Positions 46,730-56,833 of a DNA stretch of 64,000 bases are shown one piece after another. Location of the stretch: NCBI GenBank assembly GCA_021836035.1, contig JAKBJL010000002.1, positions 71,484 to 135,483 on the forward strand, given 5' to 3'. Position numbers and translations under genes: made by a program. The DNA is from a bacterium. Lineage in GTDB: Bacteria > Patescibacteriota > Microgenomatia > JAMCZE01. Position 1 is the first letter of the stretch; every line of letters starts with the position of its first letter. The notes below the pieces were generated by a model. The model saw only the letters and a list, made by a program, of their open reading frames with translations, ran no database searches and was not told the DNA's origin.

Positions 46730-48443
46730 AAATTAATACCGCTAACCCTCCCAGGGAAATAAGAGACAGCGTATTCCCCGCAGTTCTTACCGGGGTATTT
46801 GTAAATTTCCCGGCAATCCCATGGTTCCCCGGGGGGACCATAACCGAGATCAGTTTATATTGATTGGCGTCGTTTATCGCTGCCGGCTTATTATCGATCC
46901 AAACTTTCCAACCGGGGAAATCAGCAAGATGGAACTGTAACTGCGCCCCGTAGGCAGAATTTCCGCTCAGCAAAAAACGATCCGGGGCGAATTGGGAGCT
47001 GCTTGGGGTAAAATCGCCGGATAAAATCCGGAATTTTTCGTTCCACGAAGGCGAAACAACCTCGTTTTCATTGATATCCACCAATACGGTTCCGAGGGGG
47101 CTAATTTTGGTAGCAATTCCAAAAGGCAGATACTCAAAAGAGCTGTTGCTGACGTGCCATTTAACCTGTTGGTCGGTTAGGAGACTGTTATCGGTGGCGG
47201 CGGTCAAATATTTTTGGGGTACAAAGAGTTTAGCGTTGTAAAAAAGTAGTCCGGCCAATACTACTATGGCAGTCAGTATCTTGAGATAAAACTTATTGAG
47301 CAGGAGAAACAGGGATCCGGCAAGCAAGGAGGCAAATAAGGCGGTAAACTCTAAAAAACGCCAGGGAAACTGCAGGTACCACAAGGGAGGAAGGTTATCC
47401 CAAATAAAGCCGGAATAAGCGGTGGTCATCCAGGCAGAAAAAATCAACAGCAAAAAGAGAGAAAACAGCAATCCGGCGGCTTTTTTCCGCTTTCTTAACC
47501 ACAACCAGATAGCGGCGGGTAAGGAAAGAAAAGCCAAAATTAAATGCAGCTTGCCGATTTTAAAAGACATCCCGTCCAGGCAGCCCGGCCCGGATCCCCC
47601 GTAACCCCAAAGGCTGTTCCAGAGTTGTTCAGGACAGACAAAATGAATCCGATAAGAAGCCAGGTTTTTAATCAGCAATTGGTCCACTAGGGTATCTTGT
47701 TTTTCGGTAAGCGCGGGCAGCCAAAAAAAAGCCGTCAGCGAGAAAGTAATAAAAGTTAAAAGCAAATAGCTAAAAGCAAATAGCTTGATGTTCCCTTTAC
47801 CGTAAATCAAATATATAAGTACATACCAGAGGGAAAATACACCAAAAAAGGGCAGGAATACTAAATTGTGGGTAATCATGAGAAGTGCAAAAAATATTCC
47901 CGTTAATACGGCCCATTGCCACTTCCCTTCTTTAATTAGCTTATAGGAAGTTAAAAGAATTAAGGGGAGCCAGACAAAGGAGAAGAGTTCCGCCAGGGCG
48001 CCGCGGACGTAGGCGTCCACGGCGTGGTAAGGCGCGTAAAGATAAAACAACGCGGCAACTCCTCCTCCTATCCGACCGAAAAGTTCTTTCGCCAGCAGGT
48101 ACATTGAGACCACCGATCCGGCGAGAGCCAGGAACCAGACAATTTTTGTGGAGTCCAAAAATCCCGTTCCCAAAAACAGGTGTACGGCCTCTCCCAAGTA
48201 GTAAACCAAAGGCGGGTAAAAATTAAAGAGGGGATAACCAAGCCCGAAGCCGAGATCCGGTACCCAACGAACCGGGAATTGGCCGGCAGAGAGCGATTTG
48301 TCCAGCTGCGCGAGACGCGCTACCTGTTGGTCATCATGCATGACAAAATAGCCCTGATGCACCAATGGCTGCCAGGCAAAATAACTTAATACCAAAACTG
48401 CCAATAAAATCCCCAGGCCGCGCTTGTTTAATAGGATATTCAC
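46704..48443 (-). CDS. GT-C membrane protein of the PTPS-related family
   Basis: MHDD, FPVRW, GYPLFNFYPP, APYH, RGALAE, THN, QFPWRF, FPGW, TPVR. Confidence 0.82.
   Translation of the reverse strand: MNILLNKRGLGILLAVLVLSYFAWQPLVHQGYFVMHDDQQVARLAQLDKSLSAGQFPVRWVPDLGFGLGYPLFNFYPPLVYYLGEAVHLFLGTGFLDSTKIVWFLALAGSVVSMYLLAKELFGRIGGGVAALFYLYAPYHAVDAYVRGALAELFSFVWLPLILLTSYKLIKEGKWQWAVLTGIFFALLMITHNLVFLPFFGVFSLWYVLIYLIYGKGNIKLFAFSYLLLTFITFSLTAFFWLPALTEKQDTLVDQLLIKNLASYRIHFVCPEQLWNSLWGYGGSGPGCLDGMSFKIGKLHLILAFLSLPAAIWLWLRKRKKAAGLLFSLFLLLIFSAWMTTAYSGFIWDNLPPLWYLQFPWRFLEFTALFASLLAGSLFLLLNKFYLKILTAIVVLAGLLFYNAKLFVPQKYLTAATDNSLLTDQQVKWHVSNSSFEYLPFGIATKISPLGTVLVDINENEVVSPSWNEKFRILSGDFTPSSSQFAPDRFLLSGNSAYGAQLQFHLADFPGWKVWIDNKPAAINDANQYKLISVMVPPGNHGIAGKFTNTPVRTAGNTLSLISLGGLAVLIYGIRRNKK
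47758..47785. repeat. Perfect 14-bp tandem duplication built from heptamers, inside a CDS
   Basis: aaaagcaaatagct aaaagcaaatagct, preceded by the related unit aaaagtt. Confidence 0.75.
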
Positions 48444-49984
48444 TGCTCGTCTTTAGCTAACTTCTTATTGTAGGCTTTCAGAAGAAAAAATAATAATCCC
48501 CCCAGGCTTAATAAACTTACTAAATCAGCCAATTGTCTTACGGGAGTTTCCCGGAAACGGGCGTTTATCTCATGTTCTCCCACCGGTATACTAATATCCA
48601 GAAACCCCTCGTTTTCATAACGGATATTTACCGGTGCTCCGTCGACTAAAACCTGCCAGCCGGGAAAATAAATCCTGTTAATCCGCAATTTTAAAGGGGT
48701 ATCAGCAATTACCTGTCGATCGGAAACAATAGTCCCCATGCCCGATAAGATCGTTAATTTACCCGGCGGCAAGGTTAAAAATTCATTCTTCACCCAGCGA
48801 CTCAGGTATTCATTCTTAACCGTGGTCGTATCGTCTTTTCCGGTATAGTAAGTTTCCGGATAAAAGATTTTATCGATTTTATAGCTTTGAAGCCCGTTGA
48901 TTATGATAATACCCATGACAAGCAACACTGCCGGCCATTTTCCCCATCGCTTTATTACCGCACCGGCAAGAACCGATCCCAGAAAAACCGTGACCGAAAG
49001 AAAGCGCCAGGGAAACTGGACCAGCCGGGGTAAAAATCCGTATCGCCAAACAGGAGTAAATAACGGCAGGGCGGGGACAAGCGATAATATTGTCAGCGCA
49101 ATTAAAATAAATAAAGATCGGTTATGGTTCTTAACGGCGATCAGCAATGCCGCAAGGACCGCGAATGGCAAAGCAGGACCCAATAAATAATTAAGATTAT
49201 CCGGGTAAAGAAAATAATTTTTAAACTCGGCAATCTGCACACTTGCGGCCCGGGTATATTGCAGATCATAAAATGCCGGCAGCCAGAAAAACGTTGTTAA
49301 ACCGACGCCAAGCGCCAGGGAAACAACCTCCAGGACAAATCCGGAAACATCCCGGTCTTTTTTAGTTAACGGCTGGAGGACAAAAAGAACGATCAGCGGA
49401 GTGAAAATAAAAGCCAGGACATTATGCGAAGTTATTAAGGCGGCGTAAAAAAAAGCGCCCAAAGCGATATCGACCCCGCGGTGTTTTTCCCTGACGCGAA
49501 AGAGGTAATAAATAATCAACGGGAGAAAAATAAAAGCCAGCGCTTCACCCAACGACCCGCGTTTATAAACGTCAAATACCCGGTAGGGAGCGTAGGTATA
49601 AAGAACGGCCGAAACCAACCCGGCTTTTACACCCCATTTGGAAGCAACCAGACGGTACATGGCAAAAGCAGAGAGCAGAAAGCTTAAGGCAAAAAGCAAC
49701 TTTATCGAATCCATAAAGGAAAAACCCGCCAGATGGATTAATTCACCGATATAAAAAGGCAACGGATAGAGAAAATCCAATACGGGATAGCCATACCCGT
49801 GGTTGATCGTTTCCAGAAAACGCACGGGAAACTGCCCGGTTTTGAGGGTTTCATGAAACGCAAAAAGACGGGTAATCATAAATCCACCGTCATCCGTCCG
49901 AAAAAAACCCGCGGTAAGAATCGGCTGGATAAGCGGAAGCGTAAACAGGAAAAGCAACAGTAAGGGCATCAACTTCTTGATCAT
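48440..49984 (-). CDS. GT-C membrane protein of the PTPS-related family
   Basis: TDDG, FPVR, GYGYP, APYR, RGSLGE, SHN, QFPWRF, YFPGW, ETPVR. Confidence 0.82.
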   Translation of the reverse strand: MIKKLMPLLLLFLFTLPLIQPILTAGFFRTDDGGFMITRLFAFHETLKTGQFPVRFLETINHGYGYPVLDFLYPLPFYIGELIHLAGFSFMDSIKLLFALSFLLSAFAMYRLVASKWGVKAGLVSAVLYTYAPYRVFDVYKRGSLGEALAFIFLPLIIYYLFRVREKHRGVDIALGAFFYAALITSHNVLAFIFTPLIVLFVLQPLTKKDRDVSGFVLEVVSLALGVGLTTFFWLPAFYDLQYTRAASVQIAEFKNYFLYPDNLNYLLGPALPFAVLAALLIAVKNHNRSLFILIALTILSLVPALPLFTPVWRYGFLPRLVQFPWRFLSVTVFLGSVLAGAVIKRWGKWPAVLLVMGIIIINGLQSYKIDKIFYPETYYTGKDDTTTVKNEYLSRWVKNEFLTLPPGKLTILSGMGTIVSDRQVIADTPLKLRINRIYFPGWQVLVDGAPVNIRYENEGFLDISIPVGEHEINARFRETPVRQLADLVSLLSLGGLLFFLLKAYNKKLAKDEQ

Positions 49985-52353
49985 TTATTTAGCCGGCTCC
50001 TTTTTTGCCGGAATATTTCCCAAAGGATTCCTCCCACGATGACTAACAAACCCAGGGCAGTCAGCAACCCGCCGTAACGGAAACTTTGAGGGTCATAATT
50101 AAATTCGACGGTATGTTTTCCCGCCGGTACGGGTACAGCCCGGAAAGCATAATCCGCCCGATAAATTTTAGTTCCCCGGCCGTCAATCATCGCCTGCCAG
50201 CCGGGAAAATAAGTGTCGGAGAGAAATAGCAATTTGGGCTTGTCCGCCCTGGTTTCAATTACCACTTTATCGGGTTGGTATTTAATAATCTTCACCGAGG
50301 CTGCGCCTCCTTCTGAGGGGACCAGGCCTGGTTCTTCTTCCAGAATCAAAGTGGAACGCAGATTTGCACCCGGACGATAAATTGCTGCGAGAATTTTTCC
50401 CGGATCCTTCTCTACCAGGTAGTTGTCGGCCAGAAAAGCCCGCGGCAGGACAGTTTTGCGCTCGTAGGCTTTCCATTTAAAATTCTGCCAAAAAAGCGCA
50501 TATTTCTGCGGAGAAAATTTCGCCGTTTCCGGTTCCCAATTGGATTGGGGAAAATCATTCTTATCTAAAATATATTTCACTCCCAAAAGATCAAAAAGTC
50601 GGTTGCGGTAAGCATTATCCTGCGAGGGGAAAACGGCATCTGAACGCAAGACCGACCGGGGGAACTTTCCGTCAGCAGCGGAAGCTAACAATTCTCCGTA
50701 GCGCTTGATATAGAGCGAATCCCATCCCTCAGGGGAATAAACAGCGAAATAAGTCGTAAAATTATTATCGATGTAAGCCGTACCGAAGCCGTAAAAACGG
50801 TCTAAACCCGCTTTCTGCTGTAAAAAATTCGTGACCGGATGATGGGGAAAAACAAATTTCTCCGGCGCAAAGGGCTGGTATTTATTAAAAAAATAAGCAT
50901 ACTCTAACACGGCCAGGGTCGTCAAAACTCCGGCGGATAGCCAAATTATTTTCCGGCGGATTTTAACCGCTAGAAACGCTAAAGCCGTTATCACAAAAGT
51001 AGCGCTGGGCAGAAGCAAATTATTACGGGCGATGCGGAATTCCCAGGTGTGGTGCCCCAAAACTACGACCCACAACAGCAAATATGCCAAGCCGACTGCG
51101 GCTATCGGAAAAATAATATTTCTGTCCGTCTTTTGCTCTGTCCACCAACAATGGAAACCGTATGCCGCAAGGACCACCGCCGAGAATTGGAAAATAAAGA
51201 GGCTGCGCGCCGGTACCCCGGTGGCTAAAATAGGAATACGCAGAAGATGCGGCAGATAAACCAGCGGCGCCAAAGCGAAAAGTAAGCCGACAACTCCCAG
51301 GATAAAGAACAATTTCATCTCCTTGACCGCTAAACTCCGGACCGCCCCGATCAGGGTGAAAACAAAGGCGACAACTCCGAAATAAACCTGGAAATCACCG
51401 TACTGCTTGCCCCAAAAATTTCCGCTCGCCGGATTGCCGAAAAAATCCGGAGCCAGAATAGTAATTAAATTAGACCAGGGGAGGATAAAAGGGGCGAAAA
51501 GCTGCCGTGTTGCTTCCCCTTCCCGGGCGGAATGCAGATATATTTCCAGAGTCGGCAGCAACTGGATTGCCCCGATAAGAAAGCCGCATCCCAGACAAAA
51601 AGCAATTTCTCTAAGCGTCAGTTTCCGCAAGAACATATAAGGGACGGCTATTATCAATAAATAGATATAGGTTTGGGCATGCCCTCCGAAAATGGCAAAA
51701 GCGAATAAAAGCGGCAGGAAAAGCAAATAGATTAAGCGGCGTTTGTTACTGTATTGATTGACCACCCAGAGAATCAGCGGTAGAAAAAGCACGACCTGGC
51801 TGATGATCAGTTGCTCGTGCCATACCACCAGGTAGCCGATATTGGCCATGGCAATGCCCCCGAAAACCGCCGCGGGGCGGGAAAGTTTCAGGGAACGGAA
51901 AAAAAGATAAGTAAACACCGTCAGCAAAAAAGGAAGAGATATAACCAGAGCAATCCAGGCCTTAAGGGTAGGTAAGCATAAGAAAAGGACATTGCCCGGA
52001 AAGAAGATCGAAGATTGCAGGTCGGCAATTAAAGGATAGCCGGAAAAATTATAAGGATCCCAAAGCGGCCAGCGGAAATTTCTGATTTGTTCAAAAGCGA
52101 AAACCTTCCAGGGATACATCTGGCGGATCACATCCGCGGCAATTACCGCTTTATGGGTTGTCCAGGAATTGTACCCGGCGAACCCTCCGGAATTCCAGGG
52201 AAAGAAAAAGGAAACCAGCAAATCTCCGGGAAAAGGAAGCAAACCTTTAAAATAAAACTGCCAGAATACGGCCAGATGGGCAAAAAGAATTATCAGTCCG
52301 ACCAGAACTATCTGGTAGCGGCGAACCAGCTTTTTAATAACAGCCATAGCCAT
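49981..52353 (-). CDS. YfhO family GT-C membrane protein
   Basis: DVIRQ.YPW, PLWDPYNFSG, GGHAQ, APDFFGNP, YFPGW. Confidence 0.87.
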   Translation of the reverse strand: MAMAVIKKLVRRYQIVLVGLIILFAHLAVFWQFYFKGLLPFPGDLLVSFFFPWNSGGFAGYNSWTTHKAVIAADVIRQMYPWKVFAFEQIRNFRWPLWDPYNFSGYPLIADLQSSIFFPGNVLFLCLPTLKAWIALVISLPFLLTVFTYLFFRSLKLSRPAAVFGGIAMANIGYLVVWHEQLIISQVVLFLPLILWVVNQYSNKRRLIYLLFLPLLFAFAIFGGHAQTYIYLLIIAVPYMFLRKLTLREIAFCLGCGFLIGAIQLLPTLEIYLHSAREGEATRQLFAPFILPWSNLITILAPDFFGNPASGNFWGKQYGDFQVYFGVVAFVFTLIGAVRSLAVKEMKLFFILGVVGLLFALAPLVYLPHLLRIPILATGVPARSLFIFQFSAVVLAAYGFHCWWTEQKTDRNIIFPIAAVGLAYLLLWVVVLGHHTWEFRIARNNLLLPSATFVITALAFLAVKIRRKIIWLSAGVLTTLAVLEYAYFFNKYQPFAPEKFVFPHHPVTNFLQQKAGLDRFYGFGTAYIDNNFTTYFAVYSPEGWDSLYIKRYGELLASAADGKFPRSVLRSDAVFPSQDNAYRNRLFDLLGVKYILDKNDFPQSNWEPETAKFSPQKYALFWQNFKWKAYERKTVLPRAFLADNYLVEKDPGKILAAIYRPGANLRSTLILEEEPGLVPSEGGAASVKIIKYQPDKVVIETRADKPKLLFLSDTYFPGWQAMIDGRGTKIYRADYAFRAVPVPAGKHTVEFNYDPQSFRYGGLLTALGLLVIVGGILWEIFRQKRSRLNK
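52151..52245. repeat. 95-bp near-identical segment shared by adjacent YfhO paralogues (copy 1)
   Basis: About 10 mismatches by hand alignment to 54466-54560. Confidence 0.8.
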
Positions 52354-54653
52354 AAGAAAAAACCCAGGCCGGAAATAATTGCACCCGCTAAAAACGATAG
52401 CGGACGATAGGCAAATAAAACCATCTGCTCGCCCGCGGGAAGAGCAACCGCACGGAAAGTATAATCGGCCCGCAATACCGTCCAGGGAATGCCATTAACC
52501 TCGGCCTGCCACCCGGGATAAAAAGTATCGGATAAAAAAAGAAGTTTTGGTTTATCTGTCCTGGTTTTGATCATAACTTCTCCGGGTCCGTAAGAAATTA
52601 TTTCCGCAGAAGCAGCGCCGCCCGCTTCCGGTTTAATACCCGGCTCCCCCTCTAAAATTAGGCGGTTATGATAATCAAAAGCCGGGTCATACAATCTTTT
52701 AATTATCTCCCCTTTTCCCCTAATTATCTCATAATTGCCGGTTAAAAACGCCCGGGGCAGGGCGGTTTTTCTTTCGTAGGCTATCCATTTGTCCTGTTTC
52801 CAGGCGAGGGTATAAAGCTCCGCCGGGAATTTACCCCTGTCGGGTTGCCAATCGGGTTTGATATCTTCCTTTTTATCCAATAAGTATTTAACCCCAAGCA
52901 AATCCAGCAGCCTTTCTTTGCCGGGGCTCTCCGACGGGGGCAGCATGGCATCTGCGCGGGAAAAATCCTGCGTCGCTTCGCCCTTTTGGGACGCAGCCAG
53001 TAACTCTCCGTACCGGCGGATATACAACGGATCGTAGCCCTGGGGATCATAGATGCCGTAATAGGTTGCAAAATTAACATCTATTTGCGCCGTCCCCTGC
53101 CCGGCAAAACGGTTAAAACCTGCCGTCTTTTGCAGAAATTGCAAGACCGGATGCTCCGGATAGGCAAATGCCTGCGGCGCAAACGGCTCAATTTTATTAA
53201 AATAACGGGCATACTCCCAAATCGCCAAAGTAAAAATCGCCAGCGCCGCGAAATACCACAATCTCCGAATTGTCCCCGGTATAGCTAAAATAACCACCGT
53301 GAGGATAAATATTCCCGAAGGCAAGAGAAGATTACGGCGCGAAACGGCCAGCTGTTCGCCCCCTTTTATAAAAACAAAGAGCCAAAGTATCAGATAAGAG
53401 AGGAAAAGCAGCAAAAGAGGGCGGCTGATTTCTTTAAGGACCGCCCCTCTCTTTTTGAGCCACCAATTCAAACCGTAAGCCGCGAGAATACAAAAACCGA
53501 ATTGAAAAAGAAAAATCGTCCGGGCGGCGATACCCGTAGAAAAAATCGGGATCCGCAAGATTATGAAAAGATAGGCCAGCGGAGCAAGAGAAAAGGCTGC
53601 TCCCAAAAAGGAAAGCAGCAAAAAAAAGCGCACATTCCGGTCCGATCCGGATTTAACGATTGCCAGCAAAGCAAAGACTAAAGCGACAATTCCGACATAG
53701 GTCAGCGAATTATGATAATCCCAACCCCAGAAATTCCCCGTCACCGGATTGCCGAAAAAATCCGGTGCCAAGATAGTAATTAAATTACGCCAGGGGAAAA
53801 TATGTTCCGCAAATAATTTAGCGGTATTTGCTCCCTCCCGGGCCGAAAAGAAATATAGCTCCAGGGAGGGTCCCAGTTGTATAGCCGCCAGGATCAGAGA
53901 AAAAAAGACCGTAAAAAGCAGCCACTTTATAGGCACCCGGCGAAACAGAGCAAATAAAAATATAATGGCGTAAAAATACAAGGCCGTCTGGGCGTGGCCG
54001 CCGAAAACAGCTAAAGTCAAAACCGGGGCTAAAAGCAGGAGATAAAAATTCCACTGTTTTTCCCGATATTTGTTGACCAGCCATAGACCCAGCGGTAAAA
54101 ATAACAGCGTCTGGGTAATCACCAGCAGCTCATGCCAGTTAAGAAGATAGGTGATATTGGATACCGCCAATCCCCCGAAAGCCGCAGCGAGGGCTGATAA
54201 ACCCTGCGAGCGCAGAAAAATATAAGTGAAGATTCCGAGCAGAAAAAGCAAAGTCAATACCTGTAAAATCCAGGCGGACAGCGGCGGCATCAGAAAATAA
54301 AAAATATTTCCGGGGAAAAACACCGACGACTGGAGATTGGCTAATAAAGGCGTTCCGGAAAAGTTGTAAGGGTTCCAAAGAGGAAAATGTCCTGCCAGGA
54401 TCTGTTCCATCACCAAATTCTTCCAGGGGAATAATGCCCGGATGGCATCTGAAGCGATTAACTCCTTGTGGGTTGTCCAGGAGTTGTATCCGGCAAACCC
54501 CCCGGAATTCCAGGGAAAATAAAAGGAAACCAGCAAGTCTCCGGGGAAGGGAAGCAAACCCCGGAAATAAAACGGGCGGAAGGAGATAATATTTGCGGCA
54601 ACTAAAAAAAGAACCGGCCAGTGCTGCTTAATAAGATTTTTAAGAAAAGACAT
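52308..54653 (-). CDS. YfhO family GT-C membrane protein
   Basis: DAIR..FPW, PLWNPYNFSG, GGHAQ, APDFFGNP, GYDPL, FYPGW. Start placed at ATG 54653. Confidence 0.87.
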   Translation of the reverse strand: MSFLKNLIKQHWPVLFLVAANIISFRPFYFRGLLPFPGDLLVSFYFPWNSGGFAGYNSWTTHKELIASDAIRALFPWKNLVMEQILAGHFPLWNPYNFSGTPLLANLQSSVFFPGNIFYFLMPPLSAWILQVLTLLFLLGIFTYIFLRSQGLSALAAAFGGLAVSNITYLLNWHELLVITQTLLFLPLGLWLVNKYREKQWNFYLLLLAPVLTLAVFGGHAQTALYFYAIIFLFALFRRVPIKWLLFTVFFSLILAAIQLGPSLELYFFSAREGANTAKLFAEHIFPWRNLITILAPDFFGNPVTGNFWGWDYHNSLTYVGIVALVFALLAIVKSGSDRNVRFFLLLSFLGAAFSLAPLAYLFIILRIPIFSTGIAARTIFLFQFGFCILAAYGLNWWLKKRGAVLKEISRPLLLLFLSYLILWLFVFIKGGEQLAVSRRNLLLPSGIFILTVVILAIPGTIRRLWYFAALAIFTLAIWEYARYFNKIEPFAPQAFAYPEHPVLQFLQKTAGFNRFAGQGTAQIDVNFATYYGIYDPQGYDPLYIRRYGELLAASQKGEATQDFSRADAMLPPSESPGKERLLDLLGVKYLLDKKEDIKPDWQPDRGKFPAELYTLAWKQDKWIAYERKTALPRAFLTGNYEIIRGKGEIIKRLYDPAFDYHNRLILEGEPGIKPEAGGAASAEIISYGPGEVMIKTRTDKPKLLFLSDTFYPGWQAEVNGIPWTVLRADYTFRAVALPAGEQMVLFAYRPLSFLAGAIISGLGFFLWLWLLLKSWFAATR
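54466..54560. repeat. 95-bp near-identical segment shared by adjacent YfhO paralogues (copy 2)
   Basis: Direct repeat of 52151-52245, encoding GLLPFPGDLLVSFxFPWNSGGFAGYNSWTTHK. Confidence 0.8.
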
Positions 54654-56833
54654 AAGGTTACCGCCAACCCTACAGTGCTTAGCCACAAGCCGTAACGAAA
54701 ACTGTCCGGTTCGTAGCTAAATACTACCTCATTTTGACCCGGGGGTACAGATACCGCCCGGAAAGCATAATCCGCCAGCAAAATTTTTGTGGCTTTGCCC
54801 CCGACCGTTGCCTTCCACCCCGGATAATAGGTGTCGGAGAGGAAAAGCAAACTCCGGCCGGGGGAGTCGGTCTTTATGGAAACTTTCCCGGGGGTATAGT
54901 TTGTAATTTCCGCGGTACCCGGGCCGATTACCCCGGATAACGGTTCGTTTAGTATCACTGTTTTGCTTAGGTCCGTTGCCCCGGCATAAAAAGTTCTGAT
55001 CGTTTCCTCTTTACGTCTGACCAGATAATTTTCCGCTAAAAAGACCCTGGGCAAAGCTTCCCGATTTTCATAAACGGCTGCTTCTCCCCAATGTTTTAAA
55101 AAATTAAACTGCTCCGGAGGATATTTCAGCAAATTCGGTTTGTCGGTTTCTTGCGGATTTTCGGCCCGGTCGAAGAAGTACTTAACTCCCAATAAATTTA
55201 ATAATTTACGGCGATAGGGGGTATCCGCTTCGGTTAAAAAAATATCCGCCCGGTTTACTTTCTCCGGAATTGTCCCCGTCTCCGCCGAAGCGATCAATTG
55301 GCCATACCAGCGCGGCGATAGACTATCGTAACCCTCCGGACTATAAATCCGGTAGAAAGTAGCAAAATTGGTAGCGAAGCGGGAGGAACCATATCCGAAA
55401 ACCCGGTTATATCCGCCGTAATTTTGCACAAAACCCAGCAGGGGATGACGGGGATAAAAATACTTGCTGTCTCCGAAGGGGCTGACCTTTAAAAGAAAGA
55501 TACCCCCGCTGACCAGCAGCAGAAGAAGCACGGCTCCGGAAAATAATTTCCGGGGAAGTAGCAGGCTGAAGATAAAGAGCAAAAGCCACGCCAGCTGTAA
55601 TAAAGTGTTGCGGACCGCCGTCGACGATTGCCGCCCGAAAAACAGAAGTCCTAACGCCGCTGCTAAAATTATCAGTGTGATGGGAAGAACGCGGCGGGGG
55701 TTTTTCGGCAAAACTTTATTTAATCCCCAGCCAGCCAGAACCGCGGCGGCAAATTGAAAAAGAAAAAGGCTGTTCCAGGGGCCGCCGCTGGAGAGAATCG
55801 GGATACGCAAAAACCTCGGCAAGTAAGCGATCGGATTCCGGAAAGAGAGTAATAAACCGGCTGCGGCTACGGCAGCCCAAAAGGCGATTTCCTTCTGCTT
55901 TCTCAGGGAGAACAACGCGTAAACGGCAAAAATCAGCGGGATAACCCCGAAATAAGCGTTTACCCCGCTGTAATCCTGTCCGCCTTCGTAATTATTGGTT
56001 GCCGGACTGCCCCAAAAGTCCGGAGAAATTATTTGCACCAGGTGCTTCCATTCGACAATTGAACCGTTATAGGCATCATTTGTAGCTTTCCCCTCCCGCA
56101 GCGAGTTTTGGTAAAGCTCGGCTGTCGGCAACAGCTGCACGGCACAAACCATTAGCGTTAATAAAACCGCCGCTGTTAACGGCAGCATTCTTTTTATGCC
56201 CGCCCGGAATAAAAAATAGCTGCCGGCGATGAGAAATCCGAAGACAGCATCCTGCGGATACCCTCCCAGAACGTTCAAAACCAATAGCGGCGAGAGAAAG
56301 GCGATGAATTTTAACCCGCCTATCTTGGTATCTGCGAACTTATCCACCACCAGAAGTTCCAGCGGCAGCCAAATTAAAGGGTGCAGATACACCCCCCAAA
56401 AATAGCGGGTGGCAAAAAAGGCGCAAAAGATCAAAGTCAATGCTCCGAAAAGGGCAGCCGTTTTTGACTGCAGTTTATTTTTAAGAAACCAGAACATAAA
56501 AATGCCCGCTAAAACCGGTTGGGAAAATATATAAATAGACCAGGCAGCTATTGCCGGCAGGAAAAGAAATCCCCAGCTTAGGGGATAAAAAACCGAAGAC
56601 TGGAAATTAGCCAAGAGCGGCTGACCGGAAAAGTTATAAGGGTTCCAAAGGGGCCATGTTCCCTGCCGCAAAAGGGAAAAAGCATATTCTTTCCAGATAA
56701 AAATCTGGCGCAGGGCGTCAACCGCCAGCAATTCTTTATGTGCCACAAAAGGGGTAAAGCCCGGCCAGGAGGGCGTATTCCAGGGGAAAAACCAGAAAGG
56801 CAAAAGATTGGTCTGTAAAGGCAACCAGTTCAT
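54602..56833 (-). CDS. YfhO family GT-C membrane protein lacking the first TM segment
   Basis: DALRQ, PLWNPYNFSG, GGYPQ, SPDFWGSP, GYDSL, YYPGW. Confidence 0.85.
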   Translation of the reverse strand: MNWLPLQTNLLPFWFFPWNTPSWPGFTPFVAHKELLAVDALRQIFIWKEYAFSLLRQGTWPLWNPYNFSGQPLLANFQSSVFYPLSWGFLFLPAIAAWSIYIFSQPVLAGIFMFWFLKNKLQSKTAALFGALTLIFCAFFATRYFWGVYLHPLIWLPLELLVVDKFADTKIGGLKFIAFLSPLLVLNVLGGYPQDAVFGFLIAGSYFLFRAGIKRMLPLTAAVLLTLMVCAVQLLPTAELYQNSLREGKATNDAYNGSIVEWKHLVQIISPDFWGSPATNNYEGGQDYSGVNAYFGVIPLIFAVYALFSLRKQKEIAFWAAVAAAGLLLSFRNPIAYLPRFLRIPILSSGGPWNSLFLFQFAAAVLAGWGLNKVLPKNPRRVLPITLIILAAALGLLFFGRQSSTAVRNTLLQLAWLLLFIFSLLLPRKLFSGAVLLLLLVSGGIFLLKVSPFGDSKYFYPRHPLLGFVQNYGGYNRVFGYGSSRFATNFATFYRIYSPEGYDSLSPRWYGQLIASAETGTIPEKVNRADIFLTEADTPYRRKLLNLLGVKYFFDRAENPQETDKPNLLKYPPEQFNFLKHWGEAAVYENREALPRVFLAENYLVRRKEETIRTFYAGATDLSKTVILNEPLSGVIGPGTAEITNYTPGKVSIKTDSPGRSLLFLSDTYYPGWKATVGGKATKILLADYAFRAVSVPPGQNEVVFSYEPDSFRYGLWLSTVGLAVTLCLFLKILLSSTGRFFF

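Noticed and set aside
21237-49984. 6-pyruvoyl-tetrahydropterin synthase activity for the three PTPS-related proteins
   Set aside because: The family name is misleading. These are polytopic membrane proteins with no T-fold or zinc-His motifs.
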